Source: Candidatus Eiseniibacteriota bacterium (GTDB lineage: Bacteria; Eisenbacteria; RBG-16-71-46; CAZAMP01). From it: a stretch of 64,000 nt of DNA. Position 1 is the first letter of the stretch; every line of letters starts with the position of its first letter. This document shows, piece by piece, positions 51,582 to 60,949 of this stretch. The notes below the pieces were generated by a model that saw only the letters and a program-made list of their open reading frames with translations, did not search any database and was not told where the DNA came from. Location: NCBI GenBank assembly GCA_965224245.1, contig OZ245046.1, forward strand, positions 2,336,001-2,400,000. The letters run 5' to 3'. The position numbers and the translations under genes were made by a program.

Positions 51582-51868
51582 GCTCGCGGTCTTCCTTCCC
51601 ATCGGTGTGGACGGACGGCGTCGTCTCGACATCGGCGGGAGCATACCGCATGGCTTCGGGCGTACCCAACGCGACCGCTCCCCTCTCGGATTCTCGGTTT
51701 GGATGCCCGAGGCGCTCATCGGGTTCCCGTCCCGTACGGGACACCGCCGGTGCCGCGGCTGATCCTCGAGGGACAGCCCATCGCGCCGGTGGACGTCAGG
51801 CCGGGCATCCCCCGCCATAAACGACACGAATACAACGACCTACAATTCCGTACACACCTGGCCGTCGT

Positions 51869-51884
51869 TGGCATGCGCGTTGCA
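51869..51884 (+). promoter_or_regulatory. sigma54 promoter for the lipoprotein gene at 51992
   Basis: TGGCAT-GCGCG-TTGCA; A-rich tract at about 51817-51847; palindrome GTCCCG-TA-CGGGAC at 51729-51742. Confidence 0.7.
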
Positions 51885-51991
51885 AATCCCAGGGGCATGG
51901 TCGGCGGCGGGTCGAACTCGACCGGCCCCGCCGGACCGACGACCGTCTCCGACACGACGACGTGCACCCGGATGGTGGAGGGATACTCACG

Positions 51992-53128
51992 ATGAAATCC
52001 ACGAAGCGCGCCACACTGGCATCCACGCTGGGACTCGGCGCCCTGATTGGCGCCACGATGGTGGGGTGCGACTCCTCGACGAACGCGCCCGGTACGAACG
52101 ACGACTCGCTGACGCAGGTCGAGGACCTGAACGATCCATACGGCGGCTACAACCGCTCGGCCGAGCCTGCGGGCTTCGGCGATCCCTTCCTGTTGAGCGA
52201 CCAGGGCGAGGTCACGTACGTCGACCCGATGGCCGACGAGCCCGGCATCCTCGACTTGATGGGCGGCGCCGAGAACGATCTGTACGCGGTCCGTCTGACC
52301 TGGGGGTTCCTCGCCCGCGACGAGGCCTTCGGCGGCGGCGACCCGGTCGACTGGTCGGGCGGCGCGACCGTCGGCGAGGGCGCGGTGCTCGCCGTCCGGA
52401 CGATCCACTTCGAACAGGCACAGAACGACCACATCGTCCGGCCGCGCGAGGATCGCAAGGTGCTCGAGTGGGTGTCCACGACGAGCGGCGGGCTGGACGG
52501 CGTCCAGCTGCTCGTGCTGGATCCGCCCACCGTCGCCGACGGGGGTCGCGCCGAGGGCAACACACTCAGCATCGAAATGCCGCTCGTCTCCGAGTCCTTC
52601 GAGGTGGCTCTGATGGACGGTCTGGACATGACCCTCGCCGTCGACGGCGACGGACACCAGTTCCGCATCCAGGCCCGCAAGGTCGAGCTCCTCGCCGAGT
52701 GTCGCCGCGGCTGGATGAGCGGACGCTGGCACAGTCGCGCCAACACCGACGATCTCGGGGACGATCTCGCCGAGGGCCGTCGCGGTGAGTTCCGCGGTCA
52801 CTGGGTCAACGCCCGGGGCGAGATCGGCGGGTCCATGAAGGGGTTCTATGGCGTGAACGCGCGGGGACACCGCGTGTTGTTCGGGAAGCTCATCGATTCG
52901 AACGGGAACTTCCGGGGTCTCGTGCGCGGGACGTGGAACACCGCGGAGTCGCTGGGAGTGGGCAGCTTCAGGGCACACTGGCTCGATGCCGATCACAACG
53001 TCGTTGGAGGCATGCGAGGCGTCTGGGAACGTCGCGATCGCAACGGAGCCGGCCTGTTCCATGGAGCGTGGGCCACGAACTGCGACTCGAGTGAGGACGA
53101 GGTGGAGATCGACGAGTCGATCTTCTAG
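51992..53128 (+). CDS. lipoprotein of unknown function
   Basis: GGAGG RBS; lipobox 'MVGC'; C-terminal GxF/MxGxW repeats. Confidence 0.85.
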   Translation: MKSTKRATLASTLGLGALIGATMVGCDSSTNAPGTNDDSLTQVEDLNDPYGGYNRSAEPAGFGDPFLLSDQGEVTYVDPMADEPGILDLMGGAENDLYAVRLTWGFLARDEAFGGGDPVDWSGGATVGEGAVLAVRTIHFEQAQNDHIVRPREDRKVLEWVSTTSGGLDGVQLLVLDPPTVADGGRAEGNTLSIEMPLVSESFEVALMDGLDMTLAVDGDGHQFRIQARKVELLAECRRGWMSGRWHSRANTDDLGDDLAEGRRGEFRGHWVNARGEIGGSMKGFYGVNARGHRVLFGKLIDSNGNFRGLVRGTWNTAESLGVGSFRAHWLDADHNVVGGMRGVWERRDRNGAGLFHGAWATNCDSSEDEVEIDESIF

Positions 53129-53152
53129 CTCCGACTCGCCTCACGGCCCCAT

Positions 53153-53187
53153 GGGGACGCCTCCGCGAGAGGCGTCCCCTCTTTTTT
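53153..53187 (+). terminator. rho-independent terminator
   Basis: ggggacgcctc-cgcga-gaggcgtcccc followed by tctttttt. Confidence 0.85.
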
Positions 53188-53426
53188 CTCCACGCGCGAG
53201 ACTTCGGCGACCCCCCGGGGATGATGCACTTGCATCATCGACGCCTCCATCACTACACACCATACTTCGTCATGATTGAGGCCGTTTCCCATGAATCGGC
53301 CACGTGCCGTTCCGTGATCGCTCTCGGTGAGAACGATCGCTCGGGAGACGATCGGGCGTGGTCCGGCGACCAACATTCGAGTACGGCCGATCCTGGAAGA
53401 CGAATTCAGCAGTAAAGGAGCATCTC

Positions 53427-54110
53427 ATGAAGTGGCTCGCCACAATCCTCGTCATCAGCACGACTGCCGCCGTCCCCGTCCATGGGGAGGTCGAGCTGAA
53501 CTCCCCTTCGTTTGCGCCCGACCTCGACGGCCTCGATGCCTTCGACTGCGATGGCCAGATCCGGTGGGTACAGGATCCCGACGGCGCCAGTGGTCTCGCA
53601 GCGCAGGACGACGTCTGCTATCCGTTTCTGGCCCAGACAGCCGACAACTTCGTCGGCACCGGTTACGACATCATCGGAGCCGGCTGGTACGGCGTCTACT
53701 GGAATGGCAGCCCGCTTCCTCCCGACCGTTTTCGGATCGAGATCTACGATTGCAGCACGTCGTGCATCGGTGCGCTCCTTTATTCGGCAACGACGACCGA
53801 CTACAACGAGACGCTCGGCGCACCCAACGGCTACTGTTCCAACATTCCCGCGTTCAGTACGACCGACGGCATGTGCTATGGGATCTCAATGACGGCCGAG
53901 TTCTGCTTCCCACCCCAGTACGGCGCCGCGACCGGCGTCGGCGATGGTAGCGAAGCGTGCTTTCGCTCGGCCTTCTTCGGATTCTCGAGCTGGACGCCCG
54001 CCAGTGATGTGTTCGGGCTGCCGTATGAGCTCGCGTTCCTGCTGTACTACGACGAGCCCACACCGACGACGGCGACCTCGTGGTCGACGATCAAGAGGAT
54101 GTATCAGTAG
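53427..54110 (+). CDS. secreted Cys-containing protein with C-terminal TPTTATSWSTIKRMYQ motif
   Basis: AAGGAG RBS; signal peptide; resembles 351..1051 ('FRS..FG...W'). Confidence 0.85.
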   Translation: MKWLATILVISTTAAVPVHGEVELNSPSFAPDLDGLDAFDCDGQIRWVQDPDGASGLAAQDDVCYPFLAQTADNFVGTGYDIIGAGWYGVYWNGSPLPPDRFRIEIYDCSTSCIGALLYSATTTDYNETLGAPNGYCSNIPAFSTTDGMCYGISMTAEFCFPPQYGAATGVGDGSEACFRSAFFGFSSWTPASDVFGLPYELAFLLYYDEPTPTTATSWSTIKRMYQ

Positions 54111-54216
54111 GTTCCGGGGCTGCTCGATTGACGAGGGTCGATTCGGTCGCTGGATCGACCGCCGGTGCTTCAGGCGAGATGAGACCCTGCGAAAGGGCTC
54201 CGACGTCCGCGCGGCG

Positions 54217-54684
54217 CTAGGCCGATTCCAGCCGGACGAGCAGGCGATCGATGCCATCGCCGATGAGCTCCAGCGAACCGGTCACCGTTTCGTGTCGATC
54301 GAGTCGATCACAGATCTCGGCCAACGCCGCCATCACGTTCAACAAGAACGCCCTCTCGTCTCCGCTCAGCTCGAGGGACGAGCGGGCCAGCGCCGCGAAG
54401 ACGGCCTCGCACGACTCGGCGATCTCGGCCAGCGCGTAGAGCCGTCGCAATCCGGCGTCCTCGGAGACCGTCGCGAACGCCCCGCGCAGCGCCTCCGCAT
54501 CGGTGGTCCGGCGGCTCGGCGTTTCGCCCGTCGACTCGACCGCCAGCTCGGCTCGCGCGAGCGCGATCGCCTCGCGGGCGTCGTCCAGCAGGATCGACAG
54601 TCGATCATCATGGTCGTCGTGCCCGGCCCGCCCGGCTGCGTCGGCGCCGAGCCGGGGTCGATCGTGCGGATTCGACAGCGCCAT
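54217..54684 (-). CDS. Hpt/CheA-P1-like helical protein lacking the phosphoacceptor His
   Basis: 'LLDDAREAI...LRGAFATVSEDAG...LAEIAESCEAVF..L' parallels 'F.EEA.E...LFRAFHTLKG.AG...L..LAH..E'. Confidence 0.55.
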   Translation of the reverse strand: MALSNPHDRPRLGADAAGRAGHDDHDDRLSILLDDAREAIALARAELAVESTGETPSRRTTDAEALRGAFATVSEDAGLRRLYALAEIAESCEAVFAALARSSLELSGDERAFLLNVMAALAEICDRLDRHETVTGSLELIGDGIDRLLVRLESA

Positions 54685-55072
54685 CGGGGAACCGCTCCTG
54701 CGGTGAGAAGACACGGACCACCACGAGCCTCCAACACGAGGATTATCGGCCCGGGTGGATACGGCTTGAGCCGGCGCCGGCTGGACTGATCCGCCAGGCG
54801 GCACCGGCGCCGGGGCATCCGGGATCCGCGGCCACATCCTCCGGCCGTGAGGTGATCCGGTACCGCGCCGGTCGATCACTCGACGGCGTCGGCGCGGTCC
54901 TCGGCCAGGGCGTAGCGCTGCCGGAGCGGTACGAAGTGGTCGGCGGTCCGCGTCAGCTCGACCCGGATCGACGGGCGACCGCGTGCGAGCCGGTCACGCA
55001 CGGCGTGTGCCACCGACAGCGTCGACGATCACGCGGGCGAGAAGCACCGAGAATCCGCGCCGGACCGGGCGT

Positions 55073-56026
55073 CTAGTCGACGACGACATCCTCGGGCAGG
55101 ATGTAGCCGAACGGATTGACGTGCTTCTCGTCGACGACGACCGCGTAGTGGAGATGGGGCCCCGTGGAGCGTCCCGTCGATCCCACGGTCGCGATGACGT
55201 CGCCGCGTTCGACACGTTGACCCTTCTTGACGAGGTTCGATTCGTTGTGCGCGTAGACCGTCACGATGCCGTTGCCGTGATCGATCTTGACCGACTTCCC
55301 GTAGAAGCCGTTGCGGCCGGCCTGGATGACGACGCCGTCGGCCGTGGCGTGCACCGGCGTTCCGGTGGGGGCCGAGATGTCGACGCCGGCGTGGAACGCG
55401 CGCCGCCCGGTGAACGGGTCGTTTCGATGTCCATACCCCGACGAGTACCAGCCGTTCCCTTCCAGCGGGTGGATGGACGGGACCTGGCTCAGGGACTCGT
55501 TCCGCGCGCCCAGCTTCTCGACGATGGCCTGATAGCTGCGGCGACGGTCCTCGGCGCCGCGGATCATCTGATTGAGCTCGACCTCCGCATCGACGACGAG
55601 CTGGTGCAGCGGGGTACCGAGCGCGCCGCTCTCGCGCGGGCCGTCCTCCAGGCCGCCGAGTCCGAGCGGGCTCGTGTCCTCGTCGCCGTCGTGGAGCCCC
55701 GCCAGGGCCCTCGCGCGCAGCTCGTACTCGGCGAGCTTGTCCATCGACGAGCGCAGCACGTCGATCTCGCCGTCCATCTGGTACAGCTCCGCCCGGAGCC
55801 GCTCGTTCTGATCGGAGACCGCGGCCAGGTCGCGCCCGCGCTCGGCCGCGACCACGAACACGCGCAGGGACACCATCAGCAGCAGCAACGTGACCCCGAG
55901 CCCGCAGGCGACCGATCGTGACACGCCCCGCCGTACGCGAAACGATGCGATCTCCGCACCGCTCTCGGGAATCAGCAGGATGTTGAGGTTCTCGCGAAAC
56001 AGCTTTCGCGGGATCTTTTGCAACAT
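55073..56026 (-). CDS. M23 family peptidase with N-terminal TM and coiled coil
   Basis: 'SSGYG.R.DPF', 'HAGVD', 'YAH', 'GSTGRSTGPHLHY'. Confidence 0.92.
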   Translation of the reverse strand: MLQKIPRKLFRENLNILLIPESGAEIASFRVRRGVSRSVACGLGVTLLLLMVSLRVFVVAAERGRDLAAVSDQNERLRAELYQMDGEIDVLRSSMDKLAEYELRARALAGLHDGDEDTSPLGLGGLEDGPRESGALGTPLHQLVVDAEVELNQMIRGAEDRRRSYQAIVEKLGARNESLSQVPSIHPLEGNGWYSSGYGHRNDPFTGRRAFHAGVDISAPTGTPVHATADGVVIQAGRNGFYGKSVKIDHGNGIVTVYAHNESNLVKKGQRVERGDVIATVGSTGRSTGPHLHYAVVVDEKHVNPFGYILPEDVVVD

Positions 56027-56325
56027 GAACCCGTCCTCGGGTTGCGGACTCGATCGCGTGCACGTCCGACCGGTTTTCGCGACGCCGGTGGGACACGGGC
56101 GCCACGGGCTGGATCGACCGACGCCGTACGGAGCCACGTCGATCCGAAGGCCGGGAAGCTTAACAAGCGATCGGATCGTCCGCAACCCGACCCCAGATCG
56201 CATCGCCGGCCGGGCCGAGGTCCGCCGGGGACGTGTGTCATTTCGGCCGCGACCACGCCTTCCTTTGGCTTTCCCGGCGAAAACGAGCCTCGCGCGGCCC
56301 CCGACGATCCCGTAGGCTGGCGCCC

Positions 56326-57135
56326 ATGTCGAACGCCATGTCCCTCGGCGAGAAGCCGATCTTCTTCCTCGCAGATGCCCATTTGACGACGAGGCGCGTT
56401 CCCGAGGAGATGGCACGAGAGCGACGGGTGGCCGGTTTCCTGGCGTACGCCCGCGACCACGCGTCGCACGTGTACATCCTGGGGGACCTCTTCGACTTCT
56501 GGTTCGAATACCGCCACGCGTTGCCGGGTGGTCACTTCCAGCTCTACCGCCGGCTCTACGAGCTGGCCGAGGCCGGGGTGCGAACGACCTTCCTGGCCGG
56601 GAATCACGATTTCTGGTGCCTGCAGTTTCTCGCCCGGGAGTTCGGGATCGAGACGCATCCCGATCCGATCGAGGTGACCCACCAGGGCCGGCGCATCTGG
56701 CTCGCCCACGGCGACGGGCTCATCCGCAAGGACTGGGGCTATCGCGCGCTGCGCCGGATCCTGCGAAACCGCCTCTGCATCGCGGCCTACCGGATCGTGC
56801 ACCCGGACCTGGGAATCCCGCTGGCCCACGACAGTTCCACGACCAGCCGGAACTACACCGAGGAGCGCGACATCGACTGGTCGGCGTACTGGGACGAGGT
56901 CGTGATCCCCAGGTTTTCGGAGGGCTACGACGCGGTACTGATGGGCCACATCCACGTCCCCACGCATCGGCAACGCGACGGGAAGGACTTCTTCTTCGTC
57001 GGCGACTGGATGGGGCCGTGCACGTTCGTGTCGCTCAGCGGGGGCCGGTTCCAACACCTACGTTGGGAGACGACCGGACCGGAGCCGTACGTGGAGACCG
57101 GCTCGAGGGCCCCGGCGTCGCGTGGACGCACCTGA
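56326..57135 (+). CDS. lpxH: UDP-2,3-diacylglucosamine diphosphatase
   Basis: 'ADAH', 'LGDLFDFW', 'GNHD', 'HGDG', 'GHIH', 'GDW'. Confidence 0.85.
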   Translation: MSNAMSLGEKPIFFLADAHLTTRRVPEEMARERRVAGFLAYARDHASHVYILGDLFDFWFEYRHALPGGHFQLYRRLYELAEAGVRTTFLAGNHDFWCLQFLAREFGIETHPDPIEVTHQGRRIWLAHGDGLIRKDWGYRALRRILRNRLCIAAYRIVHPDLGIPLAHDSSTTSRNYTEERDIDWSAYWDEVVIPRFSEGYDAVLMGHIHVPTHRQRDGKDFFFVGDWMGPCTFVSLSGGRFQHLRWETTGPEPYVETGSRAPASRGRT

Positions 57136-57155
57136 CCGCGGCGACGTCACCACGA

Positions 57156-57182
57156 TTTAATGGACCCACATGGCCACAAATA
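57156..57182 (+). promoter_or_regulatory. candidate Rrf2 operator, site 1
   Basis: tttaATGG-acccacatgg-CCACaaata. Confidence 0.5.
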
Positions 57183-57242
57183 CCCTATGATGCGGATGCA
57201 CACGGGCGAGGTCGTTCCCGCCGTCGCAGGAGCTCGACCATC

Positions 57243-57731
57243 ATGATCACGCAGACCGGCGAGTACGCGTTGAGGGCAATCGTCCACCTCGCCGCTCGGC
57301 CCGAGCGTGGGCCGGCTACCGCGCAGGACATCGCCTCCGCCACGCAAGTGCCCGTGGGGTACCTGCAGAAGATCCTCCGGATGCTGGCCAAGGCCCGGAT
57401 CCTCTCCGCCCAGCGCGGCAGCGGCGGGGGGTTCGCGCTGGCCAAGGTCCCGACCGCCATCAGCGTGATGGACATCCTGCTGGCCGTGGATGCGCGCCCG
57501 GTGCGAATCGAGCGGTGTCCGCTGGGACTCGACGGACACGCCCGTCTGTGCGCGCTCCATCGCCTTCTGGACGAGCAGATCGCGAACGCCGAGAGGGCGT
57601 TCGCCGTGACGTCCGTGGCGGATCTGGCCAGCGGGCTCGTCGACGGCGAGGTGGGTCCGCTCTGTGACGCGCCCTCGCCCCGGAGACGGTCCGCGCGCCC
57701 CGGCAGCTCCGGCAGCTCCGGCAGCCGGTAA
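57243..57731 (+). CDS. Rrf2 family transcriptional regulator
   Basis: AGGAG RBS; 'TGEYALRAIVHL', 'YLQKIL..L', 'RGSGGGF', 'CPLG......LCALH'. Confidence 0.92.
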   Translation: MITQTGEYALRAIVHLAARPERGPATAQDIASATQVPVGYLQKILRMLAKARILSAQRGSGGGFALAKVPTAISVMDILLAVDARPVRIERCPLGLDGHARLCALHRLLDEQIANAERAFAVTSVADLASGLVDGEVGPLCDAPSPRRRSARPGSSGSSGSR

Positions 57732-57744
57732 GTAGGATCCCCTA

Positions 57745-57807
57745 TTGACCGGACGCCAGAAGTGCTCTAGCGTGCCGATCGTAAAGTGGAGTTGTGGAGC
57801 CACAATG
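57745..57807 (+). promoter_or_regulatory. nos operon promoter and candidate Rrf2 operator, site 2
   Basis: TTGACC-N17-TAGCGT (57745-57773), then taaaGTGG-agttgtggag-CCACaat. Confidence 0.55.
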
Positions 57808-57839
57808 ACACTATGATCGTCCCCGCAGGAGCCGTCACC

Positions 57840-58760
57840 GTGGAGCAGCCGGATCCCTACAAGTGGCATGCGATCACGGCCAGCGCCCTCGCGATCCTGA
57901 CGCTTCCCGCGATCGTCGCGATCGTGAGCCTGGCCAAGCCCGCACCCCCCGTCGATCCCTGGGCGGCCGACGCCGAGAGGCTGGGCGTCTACCCCATGAC
58001 CCTCGCGCGCGGACAGGCGCTGTTCGGCGAGACCTGCGCCACCTGCCACGGCCCGGACGGGAACGGCGTCATGCGCCTGGGCAAGCCGCTCCGGAACAGC
58101 GCCTACGTGCAGGCGCACACCGACGAGGAGCTCTTCGCCTTGATCGCCCGCGGGCGGCGACCCACGGACCCGGAGAACACCACCGGGATCGACATGCCGC
58201 CCCGCGGCGCGCGCGCTCTCTCGGACCATCAGATCCACGCCATCGTGCCCTATCTCCGAACCCTCCAGGACACGACGGCCCCGTTCGCGTCGGTCGAGCC
58301 GTGGCTCACCCCGGTCGTGGCCGCGATCGCCCCGGCGCAGGCGGCGGGAACGAGTCCGACCGGCGCCGCGGCGCCAAACGGGTCCTCAACGCTGACGACG
58401 GCCCCCGATACGCCGCCGGTGGCGTCGGGAGACGCCCAGGATCACGACGTGGACACGGCCGCCGGGAGCGGAGCGGCGCCGGTCCCGGTCGCAGGCCACC
58501 AGGCGTTCGTCTCGTTCTGCTCCTCCTGCCACGGCCCCGACGGCGGAGGCTTGCCGAACCTGGGGAAGCCGCTGAGGTCGAGCGAGTTCGTGCAAGGGAA
58601 GACGGACGCCGAGCTCATGACGTTCATCAAGACCGGCCGGCCGATCTGGGACGCCGAGAACACCACGGGGATCGACATGCCGCCGAAGGGCGGCAACCCG
58701 GCGCTCACGGACGACCAGATCGCCGACATCATCACGTACATTCGGGCGATTCAGCCGTGA
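57840..58760 (+). CDS. membrane-anchored diheme cytochrome c
   Basis: N-terminal TM helix; CATCH and CSSCH domains, each with 'LGKPLR...ENTTGIDMPP.G'. Confidence 0.9.
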   Translation: MEQPDPYKWHAITASALAILTLPAIVAIVSLAKPAPPVDPWAADAERLGVYPMTLARGQALFGETCATCHGPDGNGVMRLGKPLRNSAYVQAHTDEELFALIARGRRPTDPENTTGIDMPPRGARALSDHQIHAIVPYLRTLQDTTAPFASVEPWLTPVVAAIAPAQAAGTSPTGAAAPNGSSTLTTAPDTPPVASGDAQDHDVDTAAGSGAAPVPVAGHQAFVSFCSSCHGPDGGGLPNLGKPLRSSEFVQGKTDAELMTFIKTGRPIWDAENTTGIDMPPKGGNPALTDDQIADIITYIRAIQP

Positions 58761-58834
58761 GTCGCTCAGGAGACGGATACGGCCCCCGTTCCCGGCGGGC
58801 CCAACCCGGTAACTCGAGCCAGGACGATGCCACC

Positions 58835-60817
58835 ATGCAAGGGAAACGGACGGTGTTCGGAGCGAGCATCGCGCTCGCGGGACTGCTCTTCGGGACCGGT
58901 TTCATCGTGCCAGCGTGGGGCCAGTCCATGAGCGACGTGCAGCGCGTGGCGACCGAGCGCGGGCTGAGCACGGCGGATCTGCTCGCGGCCGCGAAGACGT
59001 ACACCCCCAGCGGGGTCAAGGACCCCTACATCATCTTCTCCTCCGGCGGCCACGCGGGCCAGGTGTTCGCGATCGGCGTTCCGTCGATGCGGATTCTCCG
59101 GTCGATCGGCGTGTTCACTCCCGAGCCCTGGCAAGGCTGGGGATACGGCGTCGGCAACGACGTGCTGGCCGAGGGCTTTCCCGATGGCAAGCCCAACCTC
59201 TGGGGCGACACGCACCATCCCGCGCTGTCCGAGACGGCGGGTGACTACGACGGCCAGTGGCTCTTCATCAACGACAAGATCAATGCCCGCGTCGCCGTCA
59301 TCGACCTCCGGGACTGGGAGACCAAGCAGATCCTGAAGAACCCGCTCACGGTCAGTGATCACGGCGGTACGTTCGTCACGCCGAACACCGAGTACGTGAT
59401 CGAAGGCGGCCAGTACGCGACGCCGTGGGGCTCCGAGTTCGCCCCGATCAGCGAGTACAAGACCCGCTACAAGGGATCGGTCACGCTCTGGAAGTTCGAT
59501 CGGAAGCGCGGGCGCATCGATCCGTCGAAGTCGTTCGCCATCGAGCTTCCCCCGTACTGGCACGACATCGCCGACGCAGGAAAGCTCGTCAGTGACGGCT
59601 ATCTCTTCATGAACTCGCTGAACTCCGAGCTCGCCACCGGCGGCATCCAGGACCAGAAGCCGCCCTTCGAGGCCGGCGTCAGCCGGAACGCGACGGACTT
59701 CCTGCACGTCATCGACTGGCGAAAGGCCGAGAGCGTGTTCCAGGCCGGTGGCGTCGAGACCATCCAGGGCTTCCCCGTGATCACCCTGGGCACCGCCATC
59801 GCCGAGAAGCTTCTGTACATCACGCCCGAGCCGCGGAGCCCACACGGCGTGGACGTGGCGCCTCGGGGCGAGTTCATCGTCGTATCCGGGAAGCTCGACC
59901 CCCACACCACCGTCTACTCGTTCACGAAGATCAAGGCCGCGATCGACGCGGGCACGTTCAGTGGAAACGACGAGTTCGGCGTCCCGATCCTGGACTTCGA
60001 TGCGGTCGTCGAGGCTCAGGTGGAGGTCGGGCTCGGCCCGTTGCACACGCAGTTCAGCTCGGACGGGTATGCGTACACGTCGCTGTTCCTCGACTCCGCC
60101 GTGGCCCGGTGGACGCTCGGCGGTGACTACGGCCCGAGCACGCCGGAGCCCGACTGGACGCTCGTCCACAAGACGCCGGTGCACTACAACGTCGGTCACA
60201 TCGGAACGCTCGAGGGCGACACCGTCAGTCCGGACGGCAAGTTCCTCGTCTCGTTCAACAAGTGGTCGGTGGACCGCTTCTTCCAGACCGGCCCGCTGCT
60301 TCCTCAGAACTTCCAGCTCATCGACATCTCCCAGGGCGGCACCAACATGCCGGTCATCTACGACATGCCGATGGGCCTCGGGGAGCCGCACTACGCGCAG
60401 ATCATCAAGGCCGACAAGCTCGAGCCGTGGACGGTGTATCCCGAGGTGGGCTGGGACGCGCACGAGCAGCGTCTGGATCCGATGGCGCCGAAGGCCAGCG
60501 CCGAGCGGATCGTCAGGAACGGCAACACCGTCGAGGTGTACATGACCGCCATTCGCAGCCACTTCAATCCGGAGCACGTGACGGTCAAGGCGGGCGACCG
60601 GGTCGTGTGGCGGATCACGAACACCGAGCGCGCCGCCGACGCGACGCACGGCTTCGCGATTCCGGTCTACAACGTGAACGCCAGCCTGGAGCCGGGCGAG
60701 ACCGCCACCATCGAGTTCGTCGCGGACACGCCGGGCACGTTCCCGTTCTACTGCTCGGAGTTCTGCTCCGCGCTTCATCTGGAGATGATGGGGTACCTGA
60801 TGGTCGAGCCGAGCTGA
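58835..60817 (+). CDS. nosZ: clade II (Sec-pathway) nitrous-oxide reductase
   Basis: Signal peptide without twin Arg; 'AAKTYTPSG..D', 'GDTHHP', 'SPHG', 'GPLHTQF', 'EPHY'; CuA motif 'CSEFCSALHLEM'. Confidence 0.97.
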   Translation: MQGKRTVFGASIALAGLLFGTGFIVPAWGQSMSDVQRVATERGLSTADLLAAAKTYTPSGVKDPYIIFSSGGHAGQVFAIGVPSMRILRSIGVFTPEPWQGWGYGVGNDVLAEGFPDGKPNLWGDTHHPALSETAGDYDGQWLFINDKINARVAVIDLRDWETKQILKNPLTVSDHGGTFVTPNTEYVIEGGQYATPWGSEFAPISEYKTRYKGSVTLWKFDRKRGRIDPSKSFAIELPPYWHDIADAGKLVSDGYLFMNSLNSELATGGIQDQKPPFEAGVSRNATDFLHVIDWRKAESVFQAGGVETIQGFPVITLGTAIAEKLLYITPEPRSPHGVDVAPRGEFIVVSGKLDPHTTVYSFTKIKAAIDAGTFSGNDEFGVPILDFDAVVEAQVEVGLGPLHTQFSSDGYAYTSLFLDSAVARWTLGGDYGPSTPEPDWTLVHKTPVHYNVGHIGTLEGDTVSPDGKFLVSFNKWSVDRFFQTGPLLPQNFQLIDISQGGTNMPVIYDMPMGLGEPHYAQIIKADKLEPWTVYPEVGWDAHEQRLDPMAPKASAERIVRNGNTVEVYMTAIRSHFNPEHVTVKAGDRVVWRITNTERAADATHGFAIPVYNVNASLEPGETATIEFVADTPGTFPFYCSEFCSALHLEMMGYLMVEPS

Positions 60818-60847
60818 TCGGGCACCGGTCCCACCCGCCGCGATGAC

Positions 60848-60905
60848 GATCGCGTGTGATCACCGATCGCGCGCGATCACTGATCGCGCGCGATCACTGA
60901 TCGCG
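60848..60905. repeat. 17-bp self-complementary tandem repeat between nosZ and nosB
   Basis: gatcac(c/t)gatcgcgcgc x ~2.8; 7 GATC sites in 55 bp. Confidence 0.8.
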
Positions 60906-60949
60906 GCGGGCGACTCCACCTCTCCCCACCACATCCAGTCAGGACGTTC

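Noticed and set aside
53190-54110. Horizontally acquired low-GC islet
   Set aside because: GC looks only modestly lower by eye, there are no mobility signs, and the gene carries the same C-terminal motif as the gene at 351..1051.
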